DNA from: Dehalococcoidia bacterium | GTDB taxonomy: Bacteria; Chloroflexota; Dehalococcoidia; Lucifugimonadales; UBA3495 | NCBI GenBank assembly: GCA_965116565.1 | Contig: OZ220699.1 | Span: 483,589-547,588, forward strand | DNA: 64,000 nucleotides | Direction of reading: 5' to 3' | Part shown: piece by piece, positions 44,684 through 54,276 of the stretch | How the letters are laid out: the number at the start of each line of letters is the position of its first letter | Numbering within the stretch: the first letter of the stretch is position 1 | Notes under the pieces: model-generated | What the model saw: the letters and a program-made list of their open reading frames with translations, nothing else | The model's database searches: none | What the model was told of the DNA's origin: nothing | Made by a program: the position numbers and the translations under genes

Positions 44684-46543
44684 ATGCCTGAACCCACCAC
44701 TCGTATTGTTGAATCCGACGTCCTGATCATAGGCGGCGGAATGTCCGGCTGCGGCGCGGCCATCGAGGCCCGCTACTGGGGCGGCGACGACCTGCGCATC
44801 GTCATGGTGGACAAGGCCGCCACCGACCGCAGCGGCGCCGTGGGCGAGGGCCTCTCCGCCATCAACATGTACATGGGCATGCGCCATGGCTGGAACCAGC
44901 CCGAGGACTACGTTGAGTACGTCCGCAACGACATGATGGGCGTTTCGCGTGAGGATCTGGTCTACGACGTGGCCCGGCACGTGGACAGCAGCGTCCACAT
45001 GTTTGAAGAGTGGGGCCTGCCCTTCTGGTACGACGACGAAGGGCTGTACGTGCGCGAGGGTCGCTGGCAGGTGATGATCCACGGCGAGGCGTACAAGCCG
45101 ATCGTGTCCGAGGCCACCAAGAAGGCCATCGGACCGGACAACCATTTCGAACGGGTTTTCATCTCGCATCTGTTCACTGACGCCGACGACCCCAACCGCA
45201 TCGCCGGCGCCGTAGGCTTCGGCGTGCGCGAGGATGTGATCTACATCTTCAAGGCCCGCTCCGTGATCAGCGCGGCCGGCGGGGCGACCGCCATCTTCCG
45301 TCCCCGCAGCGTGGGCGAGGGCATGGGCCGCACGTGGTACTCCATATTCGACACCGGATCCGTGTACGGCCTGATCATACCGGTGGGTGGAGAGATGACG
45401 CAGATGGAGCACCGGTTCGTGCCCAGCCGGTTCAAAGACTCCTACGGCCCGGTGGGCGCTTGGTCGCAGCTATTCCGAGCGGACCTCACCAACGCGGCCG
45501 GCGAGAACTACTTCATCAACCGCCTCCCCGAACTGAAGAAATACGATCCCTATGGCTCCGCGTTCCCGACGCCGACGCCTCTGCGGAACCACCTGCTCTG
45601 GACGGAGATCCAGGCCGGCAACGGCCCCATCATGCTCAAGACGCCCGAGGCCATCGACGCGCTGGCGGCCGGCGACGAGGACCGCAAGCGGGACATCATC
45701 GCGGAGGCGTGGGAAGACTTCCTGGACATGACCATCTCCCAGGCCATCCTCTGGGCCGCCCACAACATCGCGCCGGAGGACCGTCCTTCGGAGGTCGTTC
45801 TGGCCGAGCCGTACATCATGGGCAGCCACAGCGGAGAAGCCGGCGCCTGGGTGAGCGGCCCCGAGGACGTGGCGCCCGACGGCTACCACTGGGGCTACAG
45901 CAAGATGACCACCGTCAACGGCCTGTTCGCCGCCGGCGACGGCGTGGGAGCATGCCCGCACAAGTTCTCATCAGGTTCCTTCACCGAGGGCCGCCTGGCC
46001 GGCAAGTCCGCCGTCGCGTACGCCCTGGACAACACCACGCCGCCCAGGGTGGACGACCGCAAGATCGACGAGTTGAAGCGGCAGGCGTGGGCGCCCATGG
46101 TCACGTTCGAGGAGAACCAGTACGCCTCGACCAATCCGGATGTGAACCCCAACTACCTGCTGCCGCGCCAGGGCCTGTTCCGGCTGCAGAAGCTTATGGA
46201 CGAGTATGTGGCCGGCGTGTCGGCCGGATTCACCACCAACGAATCGACCATGCTGCGCGGCCTGGAGTTGATGACCATGCTGCGCGAGGACACCGAAAAG
46301 CTGGCCGCTCGCAACCGCCATGAACTGCTCCGGTGTCACGAGCTGATCCACCGCACCTGGGTTGCCGAGGCCCACCTGCGCCACATGCTGCACCGGAAGG
46401 AGACCCGCTGGCCGGGGTTCTACTACCGCAGCGATTACCCCGAGATGGACGAGGCCAACTGGCGGGTGTTTGTGAACTCGCGCTACGACGCCGAGAAGGG
46501 CGAGTGGAGCGTGTTCACGCGGGATTGCCCGCAGGTGTTCTGA
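44684..46543 (+). CDS. aprA: Adenylylsulfate reductase alpha subunit
   Basis: GLSAIN, WQVMIHGE, GRTWY, HRFVPSRFKDSYGPVG, EPYIMGSHS, HKFSSGSFTEGR. Confidence 0.97.
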   Translation: MPEPTTRIVESDVLIIGGGMSGCGAAIEARYWGGDDLRIVMVDKAATDRSGAVGEGLSAINMYMGMRHGWNQPEDYVEYVRNDMMGVSREDLVYDVARHVDSSVHMFEEWGLPFWYDDEGLYVREGRWQVMIHGEAYKPIVSEATKKAIGPDNHFERVFISHLFTDADDPNRIAGAVGFGVREDVIYIFKARSVISAAGGATAIFRPRSVGEGMGRTWYSIFDTGSVYGLIIPVGGEMTQMEHRFVPSRFKDSYGPVGAWSQLFRADLTNAAGENYFINRLPELKKYDPYGSAFPTPTPLRNHLLWTEIQAGNGPIMLKTPEAIDALAAGDEDRKRDIIAEAWEDFLDMTISQAILWAAHNIAPEDRPSEVVLAEPYIMGSHSGEAGAWVSGPEDVAPDGYHWGYSKMTTVNGLFAAGDGVGACPHKFSSGSFTEGRLAGKSAVAYALDNTTPPRVDDRKIDELKRQAWAPMVTFEENQYASTNPDVNPNYLLPRQGLFRLQKLMDEYVAGVSAGFTTNESTMLRGLELMTMLREDTEKLAARNRHELLRCHELIHRTWVAEAHLRHMLHRKETRWPGFYYRSDYPEMDEANWRVFVNSRYDAEKGEWSVFTRDCPQVF

Positions 46544-46572
46544 CCGGACGCCATACCAAGAACCTGGCAACA

Positions 46573-46596
46573 TCACCCCGTACCCATACGGGGTGA
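46573..46596. repeat. TCACCCCGTA..TACGGGGTGA hairpin (REP-like; may terminate aprA)
   Basis: Perfect 10-bp stem; related to the insert at 32516-32539. Confidence 0.65.
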
Positions 46597-46613
46597 CATT
46601 TTTGGAGCGACGC

Positions 46614-47222
46614 ATGGCCACAGAAGCGCCGACACCCGACCCAATCGCCATTTTCGAGAAAGCGTCCCGTCGCGTACAGGTCATCATGGAGGGCATCCGG
46701 CAGGACCAGGGTGACGGCGCCACGCCCTGCACGGAGTGGAACGTGCGACAGGTGATGAACCACGTTATCGGCGGCGCGGAGGTGCTGGCCGGCAGCCTTG
46801 AGGGCAATATTCCCGAAGGTGTGGGCGGCGTGTCTCCCAACAGTTCCTACTCGGATGAGGTGGAGATTTCCAGGCTCGCGCGAGCTTACGCCGATGAGTC
46901 GGTCCGCATTCTGAACGCCGCCAGGCAGCCGGGCGCGATGGAGAGCACAACGCCCGGCGGCATGATGACGGTTCCGCAGTTCCTGATCGCCATGGCCGCG
47001 GACCACATCATCCACGGCTGGGACCTGGCTCGGGCCACCGGGCAGGACGATACGCTGGACGGGGACGTGGTGGAGGCTGCCTATGCCATGATGACGGCGT
47101 CCGAAACCGCCGGGTTTGTGGACATGGGACGCCAAATGGGGTTTGTCGGCCCTGCCGTTTCGGTGGCTGAGGACGCCCGGCTGCAGGACAAACTGGTCGC
47201 TCACATGGGGCGCCAGCCGTAA
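46614..47222 (+). CDS. TIGR03086-type metal-binding protein (mycothiol maleylpyruvate isomerase/DinB fold)
   Basis: TPCTEWNVRQVMNH, HGWDLARATGQ. Confidence 0.85.
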   Translation: MATEAPTPDPIAIFEKASRRVQVIMEGIRQDQGDGATPCTEWNVRQVMNHVIGGAEVLAGSLEGNIPEGVGGVSPNSSYSDEVEISRLARAYADESVRILNAARQPGAMESTTPGGMMTVPQFLIAMAADHIIHGWDLARATGQDDTLDGDVVEAAYAMMTASETAGFVDMGRQMGFVGPAVSVAEDARLQDKLVAHMGRQP

Positions 47223-47250
47223 CGGTCCCCACCGGACAGGACGTGCCACG

Positions 47251-47580
47251 ATGGCCTACGACGAAACGCTGGCTGACCGCGTTCGAAAGAGCCTTGTCGG
47301 GCATTCCGACATTGACGAGCGCAAGATGTTCGGAGGGCTGGCTTTCATGCTGGACGGCAACATGTGCTGCTGCGTCACCGAACATGGGCTGATGGTGCGC
47401 GTGGGGCCGGACGCGTACGAGGATGCGCTGTCCCAACCGTATGCGGGCGTCATGGATCTCACGGGGCGACCCATGCGAGGGTGGGTACTGGTGCAGATCG
47501 AAGGGCTGGCATCCGATCCCGTGTTATGCAGATGGGTAGCGCAGGGCGCGGAGTTCGCGGCGACGCTGCCGGCGAAGTAG
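47251..47580 (+). CDS. TfoX/Sxy N-terminal domain protein
   Basis: MAYDETLADRVR, ERKMFGGLAFMLDGNM, GRPMRGWV. Confidence 0.88.
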   Translation: MAYDETLADRVRKSLVGHSDIDERKMFGGLAFMLDGNMCCCVTEHGLMVRVGPDAYEDALSQPYAGVMDLTGRPMRGWVLVQIEGLASDPVLCRWVAQGAEFAATLPAK

Positions 47581-47591
47581 CGCGGACTGCT

Positions 47592-48218
47592 CTAGCCGGC
47601 AGCAGGCGCGGGCGCCACGTCCTCCGCCGAGATTATGACCTGGCCGTCGTCACCATGAACATGGCGGTAGAGCGGCCTGATGGCCGCGAGCAACTCCTGA
47701 TGACGCCGATCGTTCTGTTCGCCGGACCGCTCAAACATCTGCAGGGTTTCCTGCCTTGCCCTTTCTATGGAATCGTGCGTTTCCTGGCGCATTCGCTCCA
47801 TCGAATCGTGTGTTTCCTGACGCATTCGCTCCATCGAATCTTGCGTTTCCAGTCTCATTCGTTCGATGGTTTGCTGCGTATCATGATGGCGCCGATCCAC
47901 CACTTCCAACATTCCCTGGCGCAACCGCTCCATGTTTTCCTGCGTTCCTTCGCGCAACCGCTCCATGCTCTCCTGCGTTTGCCTGTGCTGCCACTCCATG
48001 TTTTCCTGCGTTTGCTTGTGCTGCCACTCCACCAGCTCAAGAGATTCCCTGTGTCGTTCGTCAATCCTGAGGCGCGTCTCCTGGTGCTGACGGTAGTTGG
48101 ACCTATCGCGAAAGTTGATTGTCCAAATGAAAATGCCGGCAATCAGCGTAATCAGGGCGATCATTGCCCCGACGCCGATTCCCGCGAGTTGGATCAGTTC
48201 AGCGTTCGTTGCCATCAT
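47592..48218 (-). CDS. Single-TM protein with 11-residue-repeat coiled coil
   Basis: N-terminal TM; QETHDSMERMR repeats encoded by 33-bp tandem units at 47770-47868. Confidence 0.8.
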   Translation of the reverse strand: MMATNAELIQLAGIGVGAMIALITLIAGIFIWTINFRDRSNYRQHQETRLRIDERHRESLELVEWQHKQTQENMEWQHRQTQESMERLREGTQENMERLRQGMLEVVDRRHHDTQQTIERMRLETQDSMERMRQETHDSMERMRQETHDSIERARQETLQMFERSGEQNDRRHQELLAAIRPLYRHVHGDDGQVIISAEDVAPAPAAG

Positions 48219-48332
48219 GTAATTCGCTGCTGAGCGACTGTCCATACTTTACCATTAAAGTTGCGCAACCCCATTCCATCATTGTCCATATAAAATGGAC
48301 AAATCAACCCTTATCTTCATGGAGAAGAACCA

Positions 48333-49178
48333 ATGCAAGCCATTGACATGCACATTCACGTTCCGCGCGAACCCGGGCTTCCCGAGATCGAGATTGAGGC
48401 GGAGTTGCTGCGATACTTCCGCGCGCCGCCGCCTCCCAAGGACCCGGCCGAGATGGCGGACAAGTTTCGCGAGCTGGACCTGTTCGGGGTGATCTTTTCG
48501 GTGGACACCACCACCAACACGGGAGAGAAGCCCGACAGCAACGACTGGGTCGCGAGCATTGTGAACGACCACCCGGAGCAGTTCATGGGGTTCGCGTCGG
48601 TGGATCCCTGGATGGGCAAAGCGGCCTGCTATGAGCTGGAACGCTCGGTGAAGGAACTGGGACTGAAGGGCTTGAAGCTGCACCCGATTCACCAGGCTTT
48701 CTTCCCCAACGACACGCGGTTCTACCCGCTGTATGAGGTGGCCGACGGGCTGGGCATCCCGGTGCTGTTCCATTCAGGGTTCGCCGGCGCGGGTTCGGGG
48801 ACGCCGGGCGGAAGCGGTCTCAAGCTCAAGTACAGCCAGCCCGTACCGTGCTTCGACGACGTGGCCGCCGATTTTCCCAACATGACCATCATCATGGCGC
48901 ACCCCGCATGGCCGTGGATCGACGAGCAGATCGCCGTCGCGCTGCACAAGTCCAACGTGTTCCTGGACCTGTCGGGCTGGATGCCCCGGTTCATTCCGGA
49001 GACGCTGATCCGCGAGACCAACACGCGGCTGCAGGACAAGGTGATGTTCGGCTCGGACTTCCCGTTCATTCAGCCAGACAACTGGCTGGCCGACTTCCAG
49101 AACCTGCAGATGCGCGACCACGTCATCCCCAAGGTGCTGCTGGAGAACGCTCAGCGAGCGCTGAACATCGCGGCCTAG
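48333..49178 (+). CDS. Amidohydrolase_2 family protein (CouO/4-hydroxyphenyl-beta-ketoacyl-CoA hydrolase-like)
   Basis: IDMHIH, LKLHP, LFHSG, MAHPAWPW, DLSGW, FGSDFP. Confidence 0.85.
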   Translation: MQAIDMHIHVPREPGLPEIEIEAELLRYFRAPPPPKDPAEMADKFRELDLFGVIFSVDTTTNTGEKPDSNDWVASIVNDHPEQFMGFASVDPWMGKAACYELERSVKELGLKGLKLHPIHQAFFPNDTRFYPLYEVADGLGIPVLFHSGFAGAGSGTPGGSGLKLKYSQPVPCFDDVAADFPNMTIIMAHPAWPWIDEQIAVALHKSNVFLDLSGWMPRFIPETLIRETNTRLQDKVMFGSDFPFIQPDNWLADFQNLQMRDHVIPKVLLENAQRALNIAA

Positions 49179-49229
49179 CGAGTCTGCGGAAACTGGACCC
49201 TTCCCGGCGGTCTGCGCTCAGGCCGGGGT

Positions 49230-50720
49230 CTATTGGCCGCCGCTTCGTAGCGCCGTCAACGTCCCTCCCGCGGAAGCAGCCAGCAGGAGATCCCCAGAAA
49301 CGACAATCGGGGCGGTGACCGCGCCATCGAGGGAAGCGGCCCATTGCTGGGAGCCGTCGGCCAGGGACAACGCGGTGATGCGTCCGTGCTCGTCGCCGAC
49401 CAGGGCGACCGGGCCGGCGATGGTGGCGCCGGTTGTTATGTCGACGGCGAGGTCGGTCTCCCAGATGATCTCGCCGGTGACGGCATCAAGGGCGCTCACC
49501 AGACCGGCGGCGTCGGAGACCACGATAGCCTGGTCGGATACAGCGGGCTGATAGGGTTGCTTGGCCGATATTCTGGTGGACCAGACGGTTCCCTGCTGGA
49601 CCGGGGGCTGCTTGGCAAAACCCCACACGGCCAGTTGGGTGCGCACGTAGTAGATGGGCCGTTCCAGCGGGTAACGGTGCCCACGGTAGTCGATGCCCCA
49701 GATGCGGGCCCGGTTGCCGTCCCGCCTGACGCCGTTGCTGCTGACGTGGAGCAGATCTTCTGTCACCACGGGGCCGCCGCGGGTCCAGCGACCCTCGCCG
49801 GCGTTGTAGATCATGCGAAGCTTGCCGGTGTTGACGTTGAGGATATGGATCTTGGCGTCGTTGGAGGTGGCGATGAGCAGGCCATCGTTGATGGCCGGAG
49901 GAGCGATGATCCAGTCGTCCATCCGGTAGTCCCACAGGGTTTCGCCGGTGGCAGCGTCCAGGGCCAGCAGACGGTTGCGGTCGGTTTCGGCAACAAAGAG
50001 CCGTCCGTCCGCGACGGCTGGCGAGGGCAGAGACGCCACGGGCAGGCGCTTTGACCAGACCAAATCGCCGGAGTCCTCGTCCAGAGCAGACACGATGCCC
50101 GGCTTGAACACCACGAAAACCAACCCGTCGGACACGGCGGGGGTGACGGCGGCGGTGAGACCCGAGTCGTAACGCCACAGGGGGGTGCCGGTTTCGCGAT
50201 CCAGGGCTACGACGCTGCCGTCCTCCGCAGTTACGAATACGCGATCATCCACCACGGCAGGCGGGGCACCGATGGGCGCGCCGGCGGTGTATTTCCATCC
50301 GCCGGAGGCAGACGGCTCATCGGCGACGGACACGAGCGGACCGACGGCGGCCGATGCATTGGTGATGCCGTTGCCAGCCTGGGGCCAGTCTCCGGAAACC
50401 GGTGGAGCCGAAGTGTCGGCGATGGCAGTGGTCGGCTGCGGAGGATCGGGCGGCAACCCCGTGTAGGCCCAGAGGACGTACATCAACACTCCGATCAGCG
50501 GCAAAACGATGACTGCCGCGCGAGTCAACCGGTTGCGCAGGAAATCGAGGCGCACGCGCCGGGAGCGCTGCTGCGCTTCACCGGCGGCAACGGTTTCCAG
50601 GCCGGAGAACGCGCCGCACTGGGCGCACCGTGCGCCGGACACGGATGGGTCGTTGAGGTGGCCGCAGAAACGGCAGAGGAGGACGTTCGCCTCCTCTGAC
50701 TGTGACGGGTTTGCGCTCAC
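49230..50720 (-). CDS. PQQ-like beta-propeller membrane protein with N-terminal zinc ribbon
   Basis: CRFC..CAQC, one TM, repeated ALD..TG..LW blades. Confidence 0.85.
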   Translation of the reverse strand: MSANPSQSEEANVLLCRFCGHLNDPSVSGARCAQCGAFSGLETVAAGEAQQRSRRVRLDFLRNRLTRAAVIVLPLIGVLMYVLWAYTGLPPDPPQPTTAIADTSAPPVSGDWPQAGNGITNASAAVGPLVSVADEPSASGGWKYTAGAPIGAPPAVVDDRVFVTAEDGSVVALDRETGTPLWRYDSGLTAAVTPAVSDGLVFVVFKPGIVSALDEDSGDLVWSKRLPVASLPSPAVADGRLFVAETDRNRLLALDAATGETLWDYRMDDWIIAPPAINDGLLIATSNDAKIHILNVNTGKLRMIYNAGEGRWTRGGPVVTEDLLHVSSNGVRRDGNRARIWGIDYRGHRYPLERPIYYVRTQLAVWGFAKQPPVQQGTVWSTRISAKQPYQPAVSDQAIVVSDAAGLVSALDAVTGEIIWETDLAVDITTGATIAGPVALVGDEHGRITALSLADGSQQWAASLDGAVTAPIVVSGDLLLAASAGGTLTALRSGGQ

Positions 50721-50725
50721 GTGGA

Positions 50726-52177
50726 CTAGAAGGCGGGACGCTGCAGGACCGCGGGATCGATGCGGCGGCGGATGCGCCGTCCGTCCGTGGGTTCGCCGAG
50801 GATCTGACCGTTATCGACCATGACCTTGCCGCGCAGGATCACGGTGGTGGGCCAGCCGAAAATCTCCCAACCTTCCCAGGGGCTGTAGTCGCGGAGGTGC
50901 AGGTCGTCCATGGTCAGGCGCTTGTGGATGGTGGGGTCGATGATGGCGAAGTCGGCGTCGCTTCCGGGGGCAATGACGCCCTTCTGCGGGTACATGCCGA
51001 GCAGGCGGGCGGCGTTGGTGGCGGTGATGTTGGCGAACTGGGTGAGGGACATGCCGCGCCGCACAACGGCCTCGGTGTAGTTGACGCCCATGCGGATCTC
51101 AATGCCGATGTTGCCGCCGCGCATGTCCTGCACATTGAGGCCGGCCGTCTTGTCGATGTAGGTGGTGAAACTGCTGTCGGTGGCCGTGAAAGTGAGGTCG
51201 TTGCCCAGCAGGCCGGACCACAGGTCGCTGCCGTCCTCGGGATATTTGAGGGACGGGTAGGTGTGGTACTTCATGCCGTCGGGTTCGCGATATTGCCAGG
51301 AGTTGAACGAGAGGGCCAAGGTGAGCACCTCGCCGTAGACGGCCTGACCCCGACTGCGGGCGGCAGCCACGGCGTTGACGCCGTCGCTGCCGGTGACGTG
51401 GACGAAGTACATGCCGGCGTCGTTCTGTCCGGCGATGCGTATCACGTCTCGGAAGGCTACGTCCTCCACCTCCTTGGAGTGGATGAGATTCGCATTCCAC
51501 CAGTCCCACATGCCCCGTTGCTGGGCGACCAGGTAGTTGTACATGACGATTTCATCGTCTTCGGCGTGGACGGCGAGGACGCCGTCGTGGCGGCCCAGGT
51601 GCGCGGTCAGATCGGCCAGTCGCCCGTTGTCGATACGGCCGGTGGGCGTGAGGGTCAGCGGCGGATCTTGGGGCGGGCGGATATTGGTGGTGAATATTTT
51701 GACGCTGGGAAAGTCGTTGTTGATCAGTTCTCCCACGCGGGCGATGCTGTCGGCGGTGTTGCTGCTCCGGTATATGACGTGGGCGGAGTAGTCGGCGTAG
51801 GTGTTGCCCTCCCACACGGACAGGAAGTCGAGGATGCCGCCGACCAGTTCCCCCTCGTTGGGCGCGGGAGCAAAGTCAACGACGGTGGTGGTGCCTCCCC
51901 AGATCGCGCCGAGGGAATGTTCCAGCGGACCGGCGTTGGGCACGCCGGCAACCTGCTGGTGCACGCCGGGCTGGACGTTGGCCGCGGCGTGGATATGAGG
52001 CTCGATGCCGCCGGGAGTTACAATGCGTCCGGTGGCGTCCACGGTCTGCGCGGCCTCGTCGATGAGGGTGCCGGGCGCGCCGATGGCGACGATGCGGCCG
52101 TCCTGAACGCCGATATCCACGGCGGCGGCCTCGCTGGGCATGACGACGGTACCGCCAGTGATCAGCAGGTCAAACAT
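50726..52177 (-). CDS. Dihydropyrimidinase/hydantoinase-like cyclic amidohydrolase
   Basis: PGGIEPHIH, SVKIF (carboxy-Lys), VHAED, FVHV, TD, KGVIAPGSDADF. Confidence 0.88.
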   Translation of the reverse strand: MFDLLITGGTVVMPSEAAAVDIGVQDGRIVAIGAPGTLIDEAAQTVDATGRIVTPGGIEPHIHAAANVQPGVHQQVAGVPNAGPLEHSLGAIWGGTTTVVDFAPAPNEGELVGGILDFLSVWEGNTYADYSAHVIYRSSNTADSIARVGELINNDFPSVKIFTTNIRPPQDPPLTLTPTGRIDNGRLADLTAHLGRHDGVLAVHAEDDEIVMYNYLVAQQRGMWDWWNANLIHSKEVEDVAFRDVIRIAGQNDAGMYFVHVTGSDGVNAVAAARSRGQAVYGEVLTLALSFNSWQYREPDGMKYHTYPSLKYPEDGSDLWSGLLGNDLTFTATDSSFTTYIDKTAGLNVQDMRGGNIGIEIRMGVNYTEAVVRRGMSLTQFANITATNAARLLGMYPQKGVIAPGSDADFAIIDPTIHKRLTMDDLHLRDYSPWEGWEIFGWPTTVILRGKVMVDNGQILGEPTDGRRIRRRIDPAVLQRPAF

Positions 52178-52257
52178 TTTCAGCCCTCCGGACGGCGCGA
52201 ATCATCGCGCCGGGATAGTGCATGGTAGCACAAACCACCAGGGACGCAGATGGCGCG

Positions 52258-53388
52258 TCAGCTGAGAGCCTGGGCCAGATCGGCGATGAGGTCGTCGGCG
52301 TGCTCGAGGCCGACGGATACACGGAGGAGATCGTCGGGCGTGGTGGAATCCGGCCCTTCGATGGAGGCGCGGTGCTCGATCAGGCTCTGGGTGCCGCCGA
52401 GGCTGGTGGCCCGCACGAAGAGTTGGACGTTGGCGGCCACGCGCATGGCGGCGTCCCGTCCGCCGGCGACCTGGAACGAGAGCATCCCGCCGAAGTCGGA
52501 CATCTGACCGGCGGCGACGGCATGGCCCGGATGGTCGGGCAGTCCGGGGTAGTGAACCGCCGCGACGTTGGGGTGGTCGTGGAGGAAGCGGGCGACGCGG
52601 CCGGCGTTGGCGCAGTGGGCCGGCATTCGGACGTGCAGGGTGCGTATTCCGCGCAGGGTGAGCCAGCAGTCGAATGGCGACGGCACAGCCCCGTGGAGGT
52701 TCTGGATGAGGCGTATGCGCTGGAAGAATTCCGAATCGGTCGCGCTGACGACCGCGCCGCCGGTCACGTCCTCATGGCCGCCCAGGTACTTGGTGGTGGA
52801 GTGGACGACCAGATCGGCGCCCAGGGCCAAGGGACGCTGGAGCATGGGGCTGGCCCAGGTGTTGTCGCAGGCGCACAGCGCGCCGGCCGACCGAGCGATG
52901 GCTGCCATCTCCGCGATGTTGGTGATCTTGAGCAGCGGGTTGGACGGCGTTTCCACCCAGATCATGCGAGTGCTGGGCTGAACGGCGCGGCGCACGTTGT
53001 CGGCGTCGGTCATGTCAACGAAGGATGTCTGCAAACCCCACGGCGCGAAGACCTCGCGCAGCAGGCGGGCGGTGCCGTGATAGCAGTCATCTGGGGCGAT
53101 GACGTGGTCGCCGGGAGCCAGCGCCTGGAATACCGTGGCGGTGGCGGCGGAGCCGGAGGCGAATGCGGCGGCAACGGCTTCCCCGGCTTCACCCCCCTCC
53201 AGCATGGACAGCAGGTTTTCCAGTGCGTGCCGGTTGGGATTGTCGGACCGGGAATAGACGAAGCCGCGAGAATAGTCGCCGTCGGGGTCGCGCTCGAAGG
53301 TCGTGGACAGGTAGATGGGCGGAGCGACGGCGCCGGTGGCGGAGTCGATCTGATGGGCGGCCTGGGCGGCGATGGTTTCGGGGTTCAT
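52258..53388 (-). CDS. PLP-dependent trans-sulfuration enzyme (cystathionine gamma-synthase/lyase, MetB-like)
   Basis: YSRSDNPNR, WVETPSNP, DNTW, HSTTKYLGGH, LLRVSVGLE. Confidence 0.93.
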   Translation of the reverse strand: MNPETIAAQAAHQIDSATGAVAPPIYLSTTFERDPDGDYSRGFVYSRSDNPNRHALENLLSMLEGGEAGEAVAAAFASGSAATATVFQALAPGDHVIAPDDCYHGTARLLREVFAPWGLQTSFVDMTDADNVRRAVQPSTRMIWVETPSNPLLKITNIAEMAAIARSAGALCACDNTWASPMLQRPLALGADLVVHSTTKYLGGHEDVTGGAVVSATDSEFFQRIRLIQNLHGAVPSPFDCWLTLRGIRTLHVRMPAHCANAGRVARFLHDHPNVAAVHYPGLPDHPGHAVAAGQMSDFGGMLSFQVAGGRDAAMRVAANVQLFVRATSLGGTQSLIEHRASIEGPDSTTPDDLLRVSVGLEHADDLIADLAQALS

Positions 53389-53492
53389 GGGGTGATGGTT
53401 TGGACGCTGGAGTTCCCGCCAGAAACCTTCGCGATGTTAGAATGAGGACACACCACACGATTGTACTATGGCAGGAGTCGGGAGGAACGACG

Positions 53493-53813
53493 ATGGCTAT
53501 AAGAAATGCGGCAACTACCTCGAGCAAGCCCATCCGTATGACGGATTCAGACTGGGAAGAATGGATGGGAGACCCACAAATGGTCCGTGAGGAAATGGCC
53601 GAGCATTCGGAACGCCAACGACAAATGAACAGCATGGTCGATGACTTGACCCGTCAATACCCTGATCAATGGGCGGCGCTGACGGAAAGCGGCGAGTTGC
53701 TGATTGCCCCATCTTTGGACGCACTGATTACGGAACTGCGCCAGATGCAGACTCGCCCGGGCAGCAACGTGATTGAGTACTTGGACACCGATCCTGACAG
53801 CTTGATACTATGA
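53493..53813 (+). CDS. DUF5678-like small protein
   Basis: YPDQWAALTESGELLIAPSLDALITEL; GGAGG RBS; coupled to protease. Confidence 0.7.
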   Translation: MAIRNAATTSSKPIRMTDSDWEEWMGDPQMVREEMAEHSERQRQMNSMVDDLTRQYPDQWAALTESGELLIAPSLDALITELRQMQTRPGSNVIEYLDTDPDSLIL

Positions 53814-54217
53814 TCATCGGCCAATTTGACGAACGCGGGCGTCCTTTTATAGAGGGACGCCTGTTGATCCCCCGCCTGGGCCTCGCAGGGCGGGTGAATT
53901 TTTTGGTAGATACAGGTGCAAGCGGCATGTTGCTGCACCCGCGGGATGCGTCTGACATGGACTTGCCCTTTGGGAAACTGGTCAATCCAGTGCAGCGCGT
54001 GGGTATCGGTGGAGCGCACACATACTACACCGAATCCGCAAGCATACTATTTCTCGACTCTAACGAATGGCGGCGTTTTGACGTTGACCTGAACATCGCA
54101 CCACCGAATCCGGATGCGGACCGTTTACCATCCCTAATGGGGAGGGAAGTCTTGAATCAGATGCGGATGGATTATGACTTCCCGGCCCGGCGGCTGGAGT
54201 TCACAGTCAGCGTCTAG
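53810..54217 (+). CDS. Retropepsin-like aspartic protease
   Basis: FLVDTGAS, SLMGREVL; ATGA overlap. Confidence 0.85.
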   Translation: MIIGQFDERGRPFIEGRLLIPRLGLAGRVNFLVDTGASGMLLHPRDASDMDLPFGKLVNPVQRVGIGGAHTYYTESASILFLDSNEWRRFDVDLNIAPPNPDADRLPSLMGREVLNQMRMDYDFPARRLEFTVSV

Positions 54218-54225
54218 GGATAGCA

Positions 54226-54252
54226 TAAGGGCGACGCATGCGCCGTCCTTAC
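54226..54252 (-). repeat. RAYT-type REP hairpin
   Basis: Minus strand GTAAGGACGGCGCATGCGTCGCCCTTA, imperfect palindrome between convergent genes. Confidence 0.7.
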
Positions 54253-54276
54253 GGCTTGAGTTGGCGTGGGTCAGCG

